Shown here piece after piece: positions 36,990 through 49,900 of a DNA stretch of 64,000 nucleotides. This DNA is from Oopsacas minuta (lineage: Eukaryota; Animalia; Porifera): positions 177,905 to 241,904 of the forward strand of contig JAKMXF010000244.1 of NCBI GenBank assembly GCA_024704765.1, given 5' to 3'. The translations under genes were made by a program, and so were the position numbers. The stretch's first letter is position 1, and each line of letters starts with the position of its first letter. The notes beneath the pieces are model-generated. The model saw only the letters and a program-made list of their open reading frames with translations, had not been told where the DNA came from and ran no database searches.

Positions 36990-39050
36990 ATACTTATAAT
37001 TAGAGCAGGATATCCCTGGTCCTAAGATTATTAACGCCAGGTACTGACACAGGAACCTTCCTTCCATCATCTTCATTCAACATAGGCTCCATATATTCTT
37101 TATAGAATAATCACTCCGAAATTCCAATATTCTTTTGGAGGGCCTTACAAATGTGGATGGCATTGCTGACGTCTACCAGTTTCCCTTGCAAGAAATCTGA
37201 AGTAGTTTTGGTTAATCCAAGCAAGTTATGGAATTTATGTAACAGAATATAGAGAGAAAATTGCTACATTCTGGAAAGTCCATAGTACCGTCACTTCACA
37301 TCTATCTCTGGAGATTTCACAATTCCCCAATGGTTCAATAAACAAACAGTAGCGCCTTATATATTGAACTGATGAATGTCAGCATAACAATTAAGTTTCA
37401 CTAGGGCCAGGTATTTCCATAACTTTTAGATTGACTTGCCATTGTGCAAATGTTTCTCCAAGCAACATTTTAGCTTTTTCCAATTACGAAAGCCATGTTT
37501 GTGTGCCAGTTTGGTAATGAAATAATCTACAGGGTGTTTCACAATTAATGTCGTGTTATACAATATTACATAACTAATAGAATACTAGATATATTTCTAC
37601 AATTATTTGCCAATATATCCACCACTAAGTTCAATACACTTATGGATTCGTTTTGGCATTCCATCCATCAATTTGTCCAAAACCTCTGGTGAAACATTGG
37701 ACCATGCTGTTTTCAGTCGATTTTCCAACATTTTTATCTCTTTTATCTCACCTATTGAATCTAGATCATCTTTCAAAATCGACCATATGTTCTCAATGGG
37801 ACTCAAGTCTGGAGAGTTGGCTGGCCAGGTACCTTTCGCCCAAAAACTCTTTAGGTTACTTCTCAACCAATTTTGTGTCATGTTTGCCGTGTGAGCTGGA
37901 GCGCCATCTTGTTGAAATATCGCACGAGACATATTTTTTTAACATTTTCCTCTCAACAACTGTGCCTCTTTCTCGCTTTCTGTTCATTGTAGACATTAAA
38001 GTTTTACCCAGTATCTCACTAACATAGTACTCTGCAGATACAGTTTGTCCAACGGGATGAAATGTAACTCCGACAGTGCACGATGTGACATCATACCTCA
38101 TACTTGAATTTTCTTTGGAAATTTCACCATCTGAACGGGCTCGACATCCAATGCGTTTCTCGCCCAAACACAATCATTTTTCCTGTTTGGGGGATGATTT
38201 AACTCAAACGGTGATTCATCTGTAAATAATATGTTTTTCCAATCATTTGCTGTCCAATTGACACGTTCTTTACAAAATTTTAACCTAGCAGCGATGTTTT
38301 TCTCTGTTATTAACGGCTGCCGCTGGCGTTTGTAAGATTTTACGCCCTTTTCTTTTGTCAAATAACGGTACACTGTACTCTGAGATACGGAATGACCTTT
38401 CAACTTTAATTTCTTGGATAGACCACGTACAGACTGTCGTTTTTTGCCAATTGATTTAGTAATTACAATCTTGGCAACTTTTGATATGGACGATTTACGG
38501 CCACGTCCCCCTTTGTTTTCTAATGTCAAATCATTCTTGAAAAGTCGCCACCAACGCTGAACTGTACGCATATTAACTCCAAGTTTAAGAAACACAAACT
38601 TCTGAGAAGAGCCAGCTTGTAGTATGCCAACAGCCTGTGAGCGAATCATGATACTGTATTCTTTCACCATTATATTATGCAAATAATTAGCCCAATTTGG
38701 ATATGGAAGTAAAAGCCATAAAATGTTTCGATTGATGAATGAAATTATTACTCAATAGAACCCTGTAAGATTAATTACGATTGCAAGTTTAAATACACAG
38801 ATATTATTGCATGGGTGCATAATAAACAAATTTAGAAAATACGACATCAATTGTGAAACACCCTGTATACAGAAAGCAAAAATTGCATCACGCTGGACCG
38901 GATATTCGATATGCTCATAGAGTTCGCATTATTGGGGCCAAAGGATCGTAGCTTATGATAAATAATCACTTTCGGAAATGAAGGCAGCCGCAACTATATA
39001 GGATGTATCTGGTCATTAGCTTATAATTGATTATTCTTCATGACATTGTG
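36990..39050 (-). mobile_element. Internally deleted hAT (Tip100/ZMYM1-like) remnant, split by the Tc1 at 37530-38865
   Basis: Removing the Tc1 and one TA restores EHIEYPVQRDAIFAFC...HGFRNWKK..CLEKH (TTF-type Zn-finger region). Downstream lies LHKFHNLLGLTKTTSDFLQGKLVDVSNA. Confidence 0.65.
37530..38865 (-). mobile_element. Tc1-like DD37E element (1,336 bp); transposase 38682-37603 has one stop and two frameshifts
   Basis: TIR CAGGGTGTTTCACAATT(A/G)ATGTCGT with TA TSD. Motifs FTDESPF, FQQDGAPAH and NSPDLSPIENIW; 37 residues counted between D and E. Confidence 0.93.
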
Positions 39051-41172
39051 AGTGTTCATTGACTGTAAAAAATGCGAAGGTGAATGATGATTTGGGCGTT
39101 TCTAGTTGTGGCGATTTAGGGGCCAAATGTTCCTGTACAGTTGAGTATAGTTAATACGAAAAAGGTTATGGCTTAACTGCGGGAAGGAGTACAAATTTGT
39201 ACACTTTATCAGTCTCCTTCGATACATTTTCAAAGTAAATTAGTCCGAATAATACTGACTCCGATTAAGAAGTATGTATTTTGAAGCCCCCTTGTACATG
39301 TGAGCGATTCTCTACTGTATATGATCAGATTGTTGGTATCTTTCAAAAGTATTGTGTGTAAACTTTCCCATTGTCTTTCGACTGTTTAAGATAACCTGAA
39401 ATCAGTGGAGGACACTAGGAGGCTCCTAAAGGCGCATGAGCGCCCAAAATATCTTCGGCGAACAGTGATTTCATTGGTGAGTGAACAAGAATAATATTTG
39501 TGTTTGATGATGGTGTGCAAAGTAAACTTATGAATCGTGATTTAGTTGAAAAGACAACTATAAAAAGTCAAAAGATTTCTAGAATATATTTAGTGTTTCT
39601 ATCCGAAATCAACTAAGGTCTCAGGGTAATATATTTTGAGCAGTATATCCAACGCTTGGCCTTTTCACAATTACCGGAGATTTTCTCGCGAGTATGTAAG
39701 AACTCCGAGGAGTTGGGATTGTATTGTCAAGTTTTGAGATCTTTGGACTTTGTTATAAGACCATTTATAAACACTTTGACCATTTGATCATTAATCGATC
39801 CAAAGTCTTATAAAAACAAATTCTTCGGATGGCTTTGTGATTTTCTATGCTTCAGCAGGGTTTTTCTAGGAGAGAGTCGTTCAAAAGTAGTCCAATTTAT
39901 TGAGAAGTTATATATGAGGGAGGATTAGTGCAGTCAACAATAAGAATACTTCCGCTATCTCTTAAATGATGGAGAGGTAAATTAAAAAAAGCCAATTTAA
40001 ATTAAGTGAGATTTTTAATGTAGCTGAATGTATATCTTGGGGAGTTGTTACAACTTGGAACATGTGAATATCTAAGGCAGTACATGTTAACATTATCACA
40101 ATCCTTAAATTCCTAAGCTAACATTTATTTACTTCATTTTTCTAACTGGAATTTTATGGCGCTCATAAATGCAATTTTCAATTTCAGTATTTCTGGGAAA
40201 AATGGGACATAGTGGTATATGGCTTTGGGATAAGTAGTGAATCGGTATTTTGTTCTTCTAAGCCGTTAACCCAACTTCAAAGTATTTCAATATTATCCAA
40301 AGTGAAAGTCAACACTTTGATTCATTTCGATATTGAAAAGGGATGATGCATAAAGCAGAGCAACAGTTTTTATATACGTCAATTATGTGATCCATATGTC
40401 TTCCATCTTCCAATTTGATTCTTGTTTTTGAGGAGTATTTCACCTTCAACTTACAACTAGGATAGATTAATCAAAGGTAAGATGTAAATTGATTGTATAC
40501 GATTTGAATTTAAATATCGTCATGAATCTTTTACATATTACTATATATGGCACGACCTGTACAAATTAGAACATATGTACGTATTATGTACCTTACACAT
40601 TCAACGGTATCATCTTGTGATATCTCTGAAGACTAGATGCGATGTATATTTCACCAGAAACTACTAAATTCTTACATTTGGGATTAAGAGCATAAATTCT
40701 ATTTAGAAAATGAAGCGATAAATATTTGTTAGGAAATATCATGACAGTAACAATGTCTAAATCTACAAGGGTAGATGTTAAAATGTTCCAAGTGTCAACA
40801 TCAAGCTTAGCTCATATACGAAGCAAACAAGGCATAAGTCATTCCAATCAATTATCCAAGTGCAAACAAAGGTTGAGTAACAAAATAAACCATATAACAT
40901 TAGAAAACGAGAATAAGTCCATAGTGATAAAAGCTAGAAAGTATTTACAAATAAAGATAGAGTTTTAGTAGATGTTGGTACGATATATTGGCAGACCCTA
41001 ATTATGACATCACCATAGTGGATGTGGTAATGAACAAGCAAAATATAATTTGGAGATGTCCAAAAATGGGACAAAATATGAGAGATTGCACATATTCACA
41101 AAATGTTTTGGATAATTTTGGTAAGTCAGCATTATGTCACATAATACTAGAATGCGTATAATATGGTACTTA

Positions 41173-42470
41173 CGAGGGGTACTCAATAACTTTTGAGCCT
41201 AAGTATCAAAAAGTATCAATCTATATTTATTTTAACTATAATGGTTCGAAATAGCATCCTTTAGCTTGAATACACTTGTTCATTCATTTAAACTAAGCTA
41301 GAATAGCTTCTTTAAATTCATTTTCGTTGATGTCTCCGATCACTTCTCTGAGGGCCCCCTCAAGTTCAGATTTCGATGAAAATTTCTACCTTTATGTTAT
41401 TTTTTATTCTAGGAAAGAGCCAAAAGTCGCGGGTGCTAGATCTGGAGAATAAGGGGGGGGTGGCAAAATATGTAGTCCTGATTCTTCAATGAATTGTCTT
41501 CTCATTTTTGATGTATGAGAACTGGCATTATCGTGGTGCAAAAAGGTTCCCCTTAGTCCTGTGCCAGGATACTGTAAATTTATTGCTTTTATGACTAGAG
41601 GCAAACAACTCTCTGTATACCAGGTTGAATTAATTGTCTTACCAGGTTCAAGAGGTACAACAGTTTTAACACCCGTTGTATTAAAAATCCATACATTTGT
41701 TTCTTAGTGTACTGAGTTCTGCGAACCTTTGTTGGGGGATCTTCTCCAATTTCACACCATTGACGGCTCTGCTGCTTTGTTTCCGTATCATAGTGATAGA
41801 CCCATGTTTCATCACCAGTTATTACCTTGGAAACATCTCTACTGTTGCCATTGTTGAATTTTTTAAGCATTTCATGGCATCATTTCACTCGATTCTGTTC
41901 TGCTCAGGATGAAGCTGATGTGGCATCCAACGGGCACAAAGTTTACGTAGCTGAAGGGATTAGTGTAAAACGGTGTGCACTGCTCCGGACGAAATGCCAA
42001 TTTCGTGCTGAATCCTCTCATATGTAACATTTGGGTCTGCTATCACCATGTCCTCAATTGACTCAACAATTCCCTCTGTAACAGTGAATGGAGGTGGCCC
42101 AGGGCGGGGTTGGTCTTCAAGATGAAAATTCCCACACTTAAATTCTCTGTACTATCTTTTCACTGTTGCTACAGTTACCTTGTAATTTGGAAAGACTATA
42201 CAGAATTTTCGTGACATTCTTTTATTGTTTTCAAAAGTTGGAACTGAAAAAGTATTATCGCACGAATATCACCCTTGATAACTATATTGAGGATTTGGTA
42301 ACTAAGGAATCCATAGATAATAAATCTACTGCTATCTGAAAAGTATACAAGATAAAGTTACAAGATTTTCAGCGAAGTATATTTATCCCATATTCATTCG
42401 AAACAAGTAATGGTTTACTTATAAAAGAGCTCGCAACATAGTCAGACTCAAACTTATTGAGTGCCCCTCG
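41173..42470 (-). mobile_element. mariner DD34D-type element (1,298 bp), degenerate
   Basis: TA|CGAGGGGTACTCAATAA at the left end and TTATTGAGTGCCCCTCG|TA at the right. Motifs VITGDETWVYHYD, LHHDNASSH and PPYSPDLAP. Confidence 0.9.
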
Positions 42471-44127
42471 TATAAGAGATATAATCATGTAGCTAAGTTT
42501 CCCAGAATAATAATGACATCACCAAAGTGGAATAATGATGAGAAAGCAAAAATTTCAAATATTGAGTTTTTTCTAAAATTTACCATAATTGAATGTCTAT
42601 ATGCTGCACCATTTTACAATAAACTACAAGCTTCTCTTGAGTAAAATCAAAAATTACAATCCACAGTGGGAAAACATGGCTGATTAGAGTCAAAACGTAG
42701 ACACTCAAAACTCCAAGAATGTCGTATTTCTGAATTCATCATAGTTGAAATATAAAATTGTGCACATAAGTACAGAATTTATGCTTGCTCATGACTGTGC
42801 TATGAACAGATAATGAAATGATTATTCTCATGATATTGAAGAAGTTTATTCATTCTAATAGTAGCCACTTTCAAAGTCATTTTCCAAGAGTTAGTTGGAT
42901 TGGAACATACAAGTTTCATGTATAAGGTAATCAATATAATTTTCGATAATCGTAGAAAAATATTTAGGTACATAAGATTACTAAATAATTGGATATAGAG
43001 CATTATTAGCTAGATACTAAAAATAGAATAATTCAGAACAAACGAATTAGAAATTATTCACAACAGATTTCGTGGGCACTCGAGGTTGCATGATTTTATG
43101 GCTGAAACAGTTAGAAAAGATGTTGGTCCCCAAGATTTACTAAATATAGGGTAGCGAAACGTAGCGATCGTGACCATAACACCAACGGAAAATTGCGAGG
43201 TTAATGTTTCAGACAAAAGTCCCTATCTAGAGGAATTTTGAAATGAATATTATATTAACGAATTATCTAATCTGAAGATTGGAATGCACTAATGAAATTG
43301 AAATCCCACATTATAATATCTAGAAACTACTAATATCCTGAAATCAGGGCATTCCAAGGATACATTATGAAATATTCATGGTAATGCTTCAACCAATATC
43401 CTTACATTCCTTTTTCAATATCTAATTAAAATTTTCATCTTCCATCGATTATAAATATGACAACCAGCAAATATATCTAATTTTATCATTGTCGTATTCA
43501 AAGCATAACCATTATCGAATGGATAACAAAGAACATGGAATATTCTGATGTTATTTGGTGATAACATTAGACAGGCAGTTCATTCCATATTGGCTATATG
43601 GTTCCAATTAAGCCGTATTTTATTGCCTTGCCATTCCGAAAGAGAAGCTCCGGACAAGTCGGCTCTTTTGCAAACTGAAATTCTCAGTTAAAGATTTCCA
43701 ATCTGTTCAAATAGAATTGGCTAAGAACTGTATTGCAAATTCAATTCCTATCAAGGTATAATATTTATGAAAGCTAAGGTAAAATTCCCTGTAAAAACTT
43801 CATAATATCAATGGTAACATTAATAGAGGTAGTAAAAAGCTCGTATCAGTATTCTTTCACACAATAGTTTTTAGACATCTAAGAACATGAACTGTTTAAA
43901 AGCGAGCGTAATGAATTAAAAATATACAGAATAATTCTATTTTCGAAAATATAATTGAAATAATAAGAAAGATAACCAGATTCAAAACGCAATTTCTACA
44001 AATCTACACAAAAATTGAGATAATTGTGTACATTTGGGAATAAATCCAGGGCGTTTCCAGGTACAATTTTGTAAAATTATTACATTGAAAATTATTGACA
44101 AGCGAAGAATTCTGGTAAGCTTCTTAC

Positions 44128-44326
44128 CTTGTATTATGGTACTGAGTTCGTTGAACGTGGATTTGCAATCGCTGCAATATTTCTGGGTAATTGCATAAAT
44201 ATTTTTATTGATTCCAATGGCGACACCTTCTACTTTAGACTTCATACCAATTTGAAGAAGGTTAGAAGTTCCATCTGTAAGTAAAACGTCAAGAGTTTGT
44301 CTATGTTGGAGCAATTGCTTATACAC
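44128..44326 (-). CDS. UBR4: UBR4 internal exon (phase 0 to phase 1, 199 nt)
   Basis: cttttag|GTGTAT...ATACAAG|gtaaga. VYKQLLQHRQTLDVLL matches VYHQLMGHRPQLENLL, and INKNIYAITQKYCSDCKSTFNELSTIIQ matches VNRYILQLAQEYCGDCKNSFDELSKIIQ. Confidence 0.92.
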
Positions 44327-45590
44327 CTAAAAGAAATTGGCAATGTTGAGCACAATAGTATAAATAATTTCAATAACACAGATATAGACTTGCAAATGAA
44401 GTATTATTGGACAATTGATGCTAACGATTGAATTTGTCCCCTAAATCTCGAAACAATTAATTGTTTTGAGGTAAACTTGTGCACTTATCAAATTTGAATA
44501 TGCCTCAGATAACTAGTAAAAGATATAATGCAAACTGCTCCAATTTAAAAGCAATGGAAAGAAAAAAATATTCCCTTTACAGGTACAACAACTGACAGAG
44601 TTTTTCCAAGGAAATGTTCACAAAATTAGACAGAATTTTCATGATTAAATGGAATATTCTAGAGATATTGTGATGATGGATACATTTGGTCAACAATTAT
44701 CTATAGCTTGGCAACTTTTATAGATATGGTCAAATCCTCGTACATACTGGTTCCATATACCCAATTTCCCATAACCTGGAATACAGATATATATCATATC
44801 ACACAACAAGGAAGGCGGAATAGGGGGCGGGGGCGGGGGTGGTAGTACCCATAAATCTGGGAGGGTAATAGAATTTAATGTTGTTCCAATATAGGATATA
44901 GAGAACTGCAAATAAATCACTCATTTTTGATATCTGAGGAATTCCATGACAAATCATCAAGGCATTTCACCAAGATTAACCAATTTGACTAAAAGTTGGT
45001 TTGTGGCTATCAACGAGTAAAAACCGCGGAAATTTTTGTAAGAATCTGTCAATATCTTTCGAGGAATCAAGTCACAAATATTGTATAGTGTGCACACACA
45101 GATGAAACTAAGGTCCCCTATAAGTTATGCACAAACCCGTTGGCGACTTTATATTGGCTAAAATTGAAAATCGAGAAAAACAACAACTTTCAATAGAGCT
45201 AGAAGTAAACAATATATTATCAGTGTTTAGTGAATCGAGCATAAGGAACGCATTTGATAACTAAATCATTCGCATGGCTTCACACTTTGTTATTATGACG
45301 TCATCTAATGAAATCGGTCTTGAATATCTGGTTTAACATATATGTGGACTCGAGTTATACACAGTAAATGTATTACACTTTCAAGACAGAAATTTCTTCA
45401 ATGAGGAATAGAGTATAAAGTTATGTTATCAACTATGCTCATACGGAAAATGGAGACCGTTTTTCCTATATTTAATCACAATTTAGTGATATATAGTTTG
45501 AAAACTGACGATATGCAAACATATAACAAATATTGTACCAAAAAATGAAGTATTAATATGGCAAACGTTGTAGATTTTAAATCAAAAGTA

Positions 45591-47040
45591 TAGTGGAACC
45601 TTGATTAACTGCCACCCCAGAATGGCGCCCAACTCGATACACCGGCCACTTTATATAGTACCGTTTAATATACTACAGTTATTAACATTAATGTACTTCA
45701 GAATTCCGGCCACTCCGCTATTCCGAATTATGGCCATACTTTTAGAACGAAACCCTATTTTAACCCCAGAATTACGGCCAATCCTAACAATTGGAATCAC
45801 TATTGGATGTTGAAAAACGAAAACAACTTCTTGAAAATTCAATAAGAATACATTGGATTGTATACATATAAATGCAAAGCAGATTAATGAGATAGTAATT
45901 CAAATCATATTAATGGCATCGAGCAAACGCAATGAGTTGGATCCCAAACGAAAAAGTGGAGTTAATTCATAACTCTTCTGGACAATCGCATCGGCAATTG
46001 GCAATAAGATTTAATATACGAACACTCAAGTATCTTCCATACTTAAAAGGAAACAGAGAATTTGGCCGCTTATGAGGAAATCCAAGAGGAGACAGAAAGC
46101 GGCATTGTTATTCCAACGAATTTAATGTATTTGACACTGCTATCTGGGATTAGTTTCAATCTGTTAGTTCAAAAAACATACCCCTCTCCGAGCCCTTGAT
46201 TCAAGAAAAAGCTTTAGAATTCTCAGCAACTTTAGAGATTGGCGAATTTAAAGCTTCAAAGGACTGGCTAAATCGTTTTAATAAACGTCATAATTTAGTG
46301 TGTGAAAAAATAAGTAGAGAACGGGGATCAGTAGATGATACTACAGTGATAGAATGGAAGGAGAAATTGCCATCATTAATTACAGGTTATCAATTGCAAG
46401 ATATATTCAACATAGACGAGATGTGCATATTAATCCGAGCCCATCCAGACAAGACTATGCATGAGCGGGCTAAAAGATGTGCTGGAGGAAAATGGTCTAA
46501 AGATTGAGTGACTTGTTTACTTTGTGGTGATGCGTTGGAAGACTTTGAGCAAACATTGATTATTGGACAGTCACTAAATCCCAGAAGTTTTAAGAACATT
46601 CCATCCTTTCAATTACTCGTAACATATCGTGTAAATTAGAAAGCTTGGATGACTAGTGCACTATACAATGAGTGGTTAAATGCTTTTGACACCAAAATGC
46701 GTTATCAAAATCGCATATCCTAATGTTTTTAGATAATGCATCATGTCACTCAAGAGGAGCATGTTTCACCAACATAAAATGAATATTCTTACCAGCAAAT
46801 ACCACTTCTGTTCTGCAGCCACTCGATCAAGGTATTATCTAGTGTATGAATTGCATTATAGAAAACGTCTTCTCCGTCGTGTGCTAAGTCAGATCAATAA
46901 TGGTTGTGAGGCTGAAACAGTAGCGAAAAGCATTAACATCCTAGATACTTGCCACTGGATAGCAGCTGCAGGTATAATGTTACAAATACAATATGTATTG
47001 AAAATTGAAACAGGTTGTTGAGACCTCCTCCAGTATAAAC
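45591..47040 (+). mobile_element. pogo/Tigger (CENP-B-like) element remnant
   Basis: Left end TA|TAGTGGAACCTTGATTAAC. HTH segment LIQEKALEF...FKAS.DWLNRFNKRHNL and DDE segments DIFNIDE, K*SKD*VTCLL, FLDNASCH and QPLDQGII..V.LHYRKRLL. Right end not clear. Confidence 0.8.
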
Positions 47041-48309
47041 ATTTTCAGAAATTAAGTAATTCGAGGTTCTCGATTAGGTAAATAATACAAATTGTGGGGT
47101 ATTGGAGCAAATTGGATATCATTTTCTGGAATCGGGGTGGAAATATTTCTAGGAAAATTCGGATTCAAAGAAGAAGAAATCTCAAATTGGAAACAATGAC
47201 CAGTGCCATCAAGAAACCAATTTATTAGCCAATTAGAACCGAAGGGTCACGTTCGTACCGAAAAGGACCACAGAAGTTTTACAACTTTGTTTTCACTCAT
47301 TCCCGCAAACAAATCAAGATACCAGCACCGTTTGACTAAATTTAATGACACATTATCCTGGGAGTATCGGTTGATAGAGAAGCAGGTACCAGGTCGCTGG
47401 GATGTTTTACCAAAGAAATTTCAAATATAACCTCCAAAGGCAAAATATACCCTGTAAACTGGCTAATTGGGACAGTTTTGTTGAATTTGACCAGAAATTA
47501 GCAAAATATTATTTCATTGTTATCTATTCATTAGAAATTGAGATGTGGTTAACAATTCAGTCTATGTATATCCTTCTGTAGGTTCTCTGGCTAAAGAGAA
47601 AACCTTCTTGTTGGCATTTGTAAACAGAAACACATAGGAGATTAATCTCGTTACAAGGTAAGTTAGAACAATTAACGTTCTGGCAATTGAAAGATGTACA
47701 ATTACATTTACATGAGGAACTTTCAAAAGTAAATCTAAATGATTAGATACAATTCATCTATAATTCATTTCGGTTTTCTTCATTCTCTAGGAATACAATG
47801 AACAAGGTTCAAAGATTTAGAATACAGAGCCTTCATAGCTTCTATGACACGCTTTGTAGATATGGTAGGTAGAGAAATATGTTTCCAAATTCCATATAGG
47901 ATAATATTTTCCCTCTTGTTCCAATCCCATACATTTAATTGATCGGCGACAGCCCACTAACTTTCACGATGATAAATGGAATAGAAACAAATCTCATTAT
48001 GGGGATTAATAAATGATCTTCGTGATTTAATCACACTACAAATACAATAAATAATCTTTATCTGTTGGTAGCTTAACAGGCATTGACAGGTAACACAATT
48101 GTTTGGCAAAAGGTTTATGTCATTACAATCCGGAAAAGTAATTGGTGCAGATTTGTGTATTGTTAATTTCAAAAGTACATTTATTCGGGGAAAATGCAAC
48201 AGGTTTATATTATCCACATAAAGAGTTTTCACTATATAAAGATCAATTAAATATATTATGCTTTGGCAAACTGTAACTGACAGTAATTCTAGCGATTCTG
48301 GATGGATAA

Positions 48310-48755
48310 TTAGTAAGTCATATTTTGCACGAGAAAATTTACTAATAAGCGAACTTGCTAGTAGAGCAACTCAATCAGTTTGATAACTACTACTGTTGTA
48401 TGTACATGAACAATACGTGTATGTGATAATAATACATATAAGGATATTGTAGCACACTTAGGAGAAAGATTTCTACGTAATTCAAAAGCGACTACAATCT
48501 CATATAAATTGAAGGATGTAAATTAGCCTTACTACTATACTACAGAAAAATCTCATTTTACCAAGTTCTTCTTGCGTATTTTCGAACTAAAGGTTCCCTT
48601 ATTAAGTTATTAGCAAGTCGTGGTTTATGAGAAAGCTTTATTATATGCGAACTTGCTAATAAGCGAATTTGATTATACATAAATATCTATGCCTTTGGTC
48701 CGTGCAGTGAAAAACTTGCTAATAAGGCTATTGCTAATAGACGAACTCTACTATG
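48310..48755. mobile_element. Probable Tigger-type non-autonomous element with (C)TTGCTAATAAG sub-repeats
   Basis: AACTTGCTAATAAG(CG) recurs at ~48650 and ~48715, with related copies at ~48340. The element ends in GAACTCTACTA. Confidence 0.4.
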
Positions 48756-49329
48756 AATCAAATTGCGAAAAATTTACTCCATTAAATCGTATATCAGAAA
48801 GAAAACCCAGGAAATTAGATCCATCACTTAGTATCAGTACTCGATAAATTAGGTTAGATGGTGGTATCAGCCAGCATAATCCTAAAGCTGGTGGCTTAAT
48901 TAATCTACCAAAATATTTGGATTCTACATAGAGATTATATAATGGGTCTCAAAACAAGTAAAATGTTTAGGTTCTCCTCCAATAAATATATATTGTGTTG
49001 ACCACTCGAAAGTATGGACAAATACTGTATAGTATATCCTTCAATTAGCGCCGGGGCTTGAATAAGCTGACGGAGCTTATTCGAGCCCAAAAAGGCTCAA
49101 TGATGTGTGAATAAATTTCATCACCCCCTTTCTAGCATAATTTTATTGATGAAATTTATGCCTCATTTGACTATGCAACAAATATAGATATCATGTTTCC
49201 CAATCATGTGTATTTTAACAATTGTAAACTATATTCGAAAAGATTCCAAAGAAAGAATTAGCCCCTGGAACTACTTCAGGGAAATACTGTAAGAATATAG
49301 TTTCTGAAATCTACTCAGATTCCAGAACA

Positions 49330-49900
49330 TATGACGTAATTATTTCGTCATCGATTCAAGGTTTCGTCCACGACTCGAACATTTCCGAGCAAGGCCCGAA
49401 ATCCCCCTGTAAGCAAAATAACAGCCCTAGGGGCACTCAAGTATCTTCGATCACTTCTGGACAAACAAACATATCTATATAATAAATGGGCAATTAATCT
49501 GCATAACATTGGATATATATATATATATATATTAGTTTGTACGTCCAGAATTGATTGAGACAAACTGGAAAACCCACCAGGGCTGGTCTTTGGTGTACAG
49601 AGGTACTTTGGGCCTAGATCGGACAAGTTTGACTCTTGGACGAAAATTGACACGTATGATGAAATTATGACGTAATTGTCACCAATCTGTACTTTCGAAA
49701 AATCACATTTTCAGCACCACTTTTCTGCAAATATGCATGATAGAAGTTTGAAATTTGAGTCGCAGGTACTGATCAATACGACAATGCCCTGACGTCCAGA
49801 TTCTGACCAATAGCTAATTCATCATTGGTTTATACATCATCAGGACTGCACAAAAAATCAATATGTTCCAAATTTCGAAAATTTTCAGGATCTCTGAATA
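49330..49900. repeat. Two diverged copies of one repeat family, head-to-head around a (TA)n tract
   Basis: The reverse complement of the left copy (GTTTGTTTGTCCAGAAG...CTCGGAAATGTTCGAGTCGTGGACG) aligns with the right copy (GTTTGTACGTCCAGAAT...ATCGGACAAGTTTGACTCTTGGACG). (AT)n lies at ~49513-49532. Confidence 0.7.

Larger units (their letters stand above)
9912..44127 (-). other. UBR4: UBR4 intron, 34,216 nt, GT-AG, phase 1, transposon-filled
   Basis: Donor CAAG|gtaaga at 44127 and acceptor ttctag|GT at 9912. The spliced junction STIIQ-G-VLAGREEL aligns without a gap to human SKIIQKVFASRKEL. Confidence 0.8.

Noticed and set aside
44690-44920. ORF with PPPPPPPIPP (formin/WASP-like)
   Set aside because: The proline run is just the complement of a short G-rich tract like those in local MITE ends; there is no other domain evidence.
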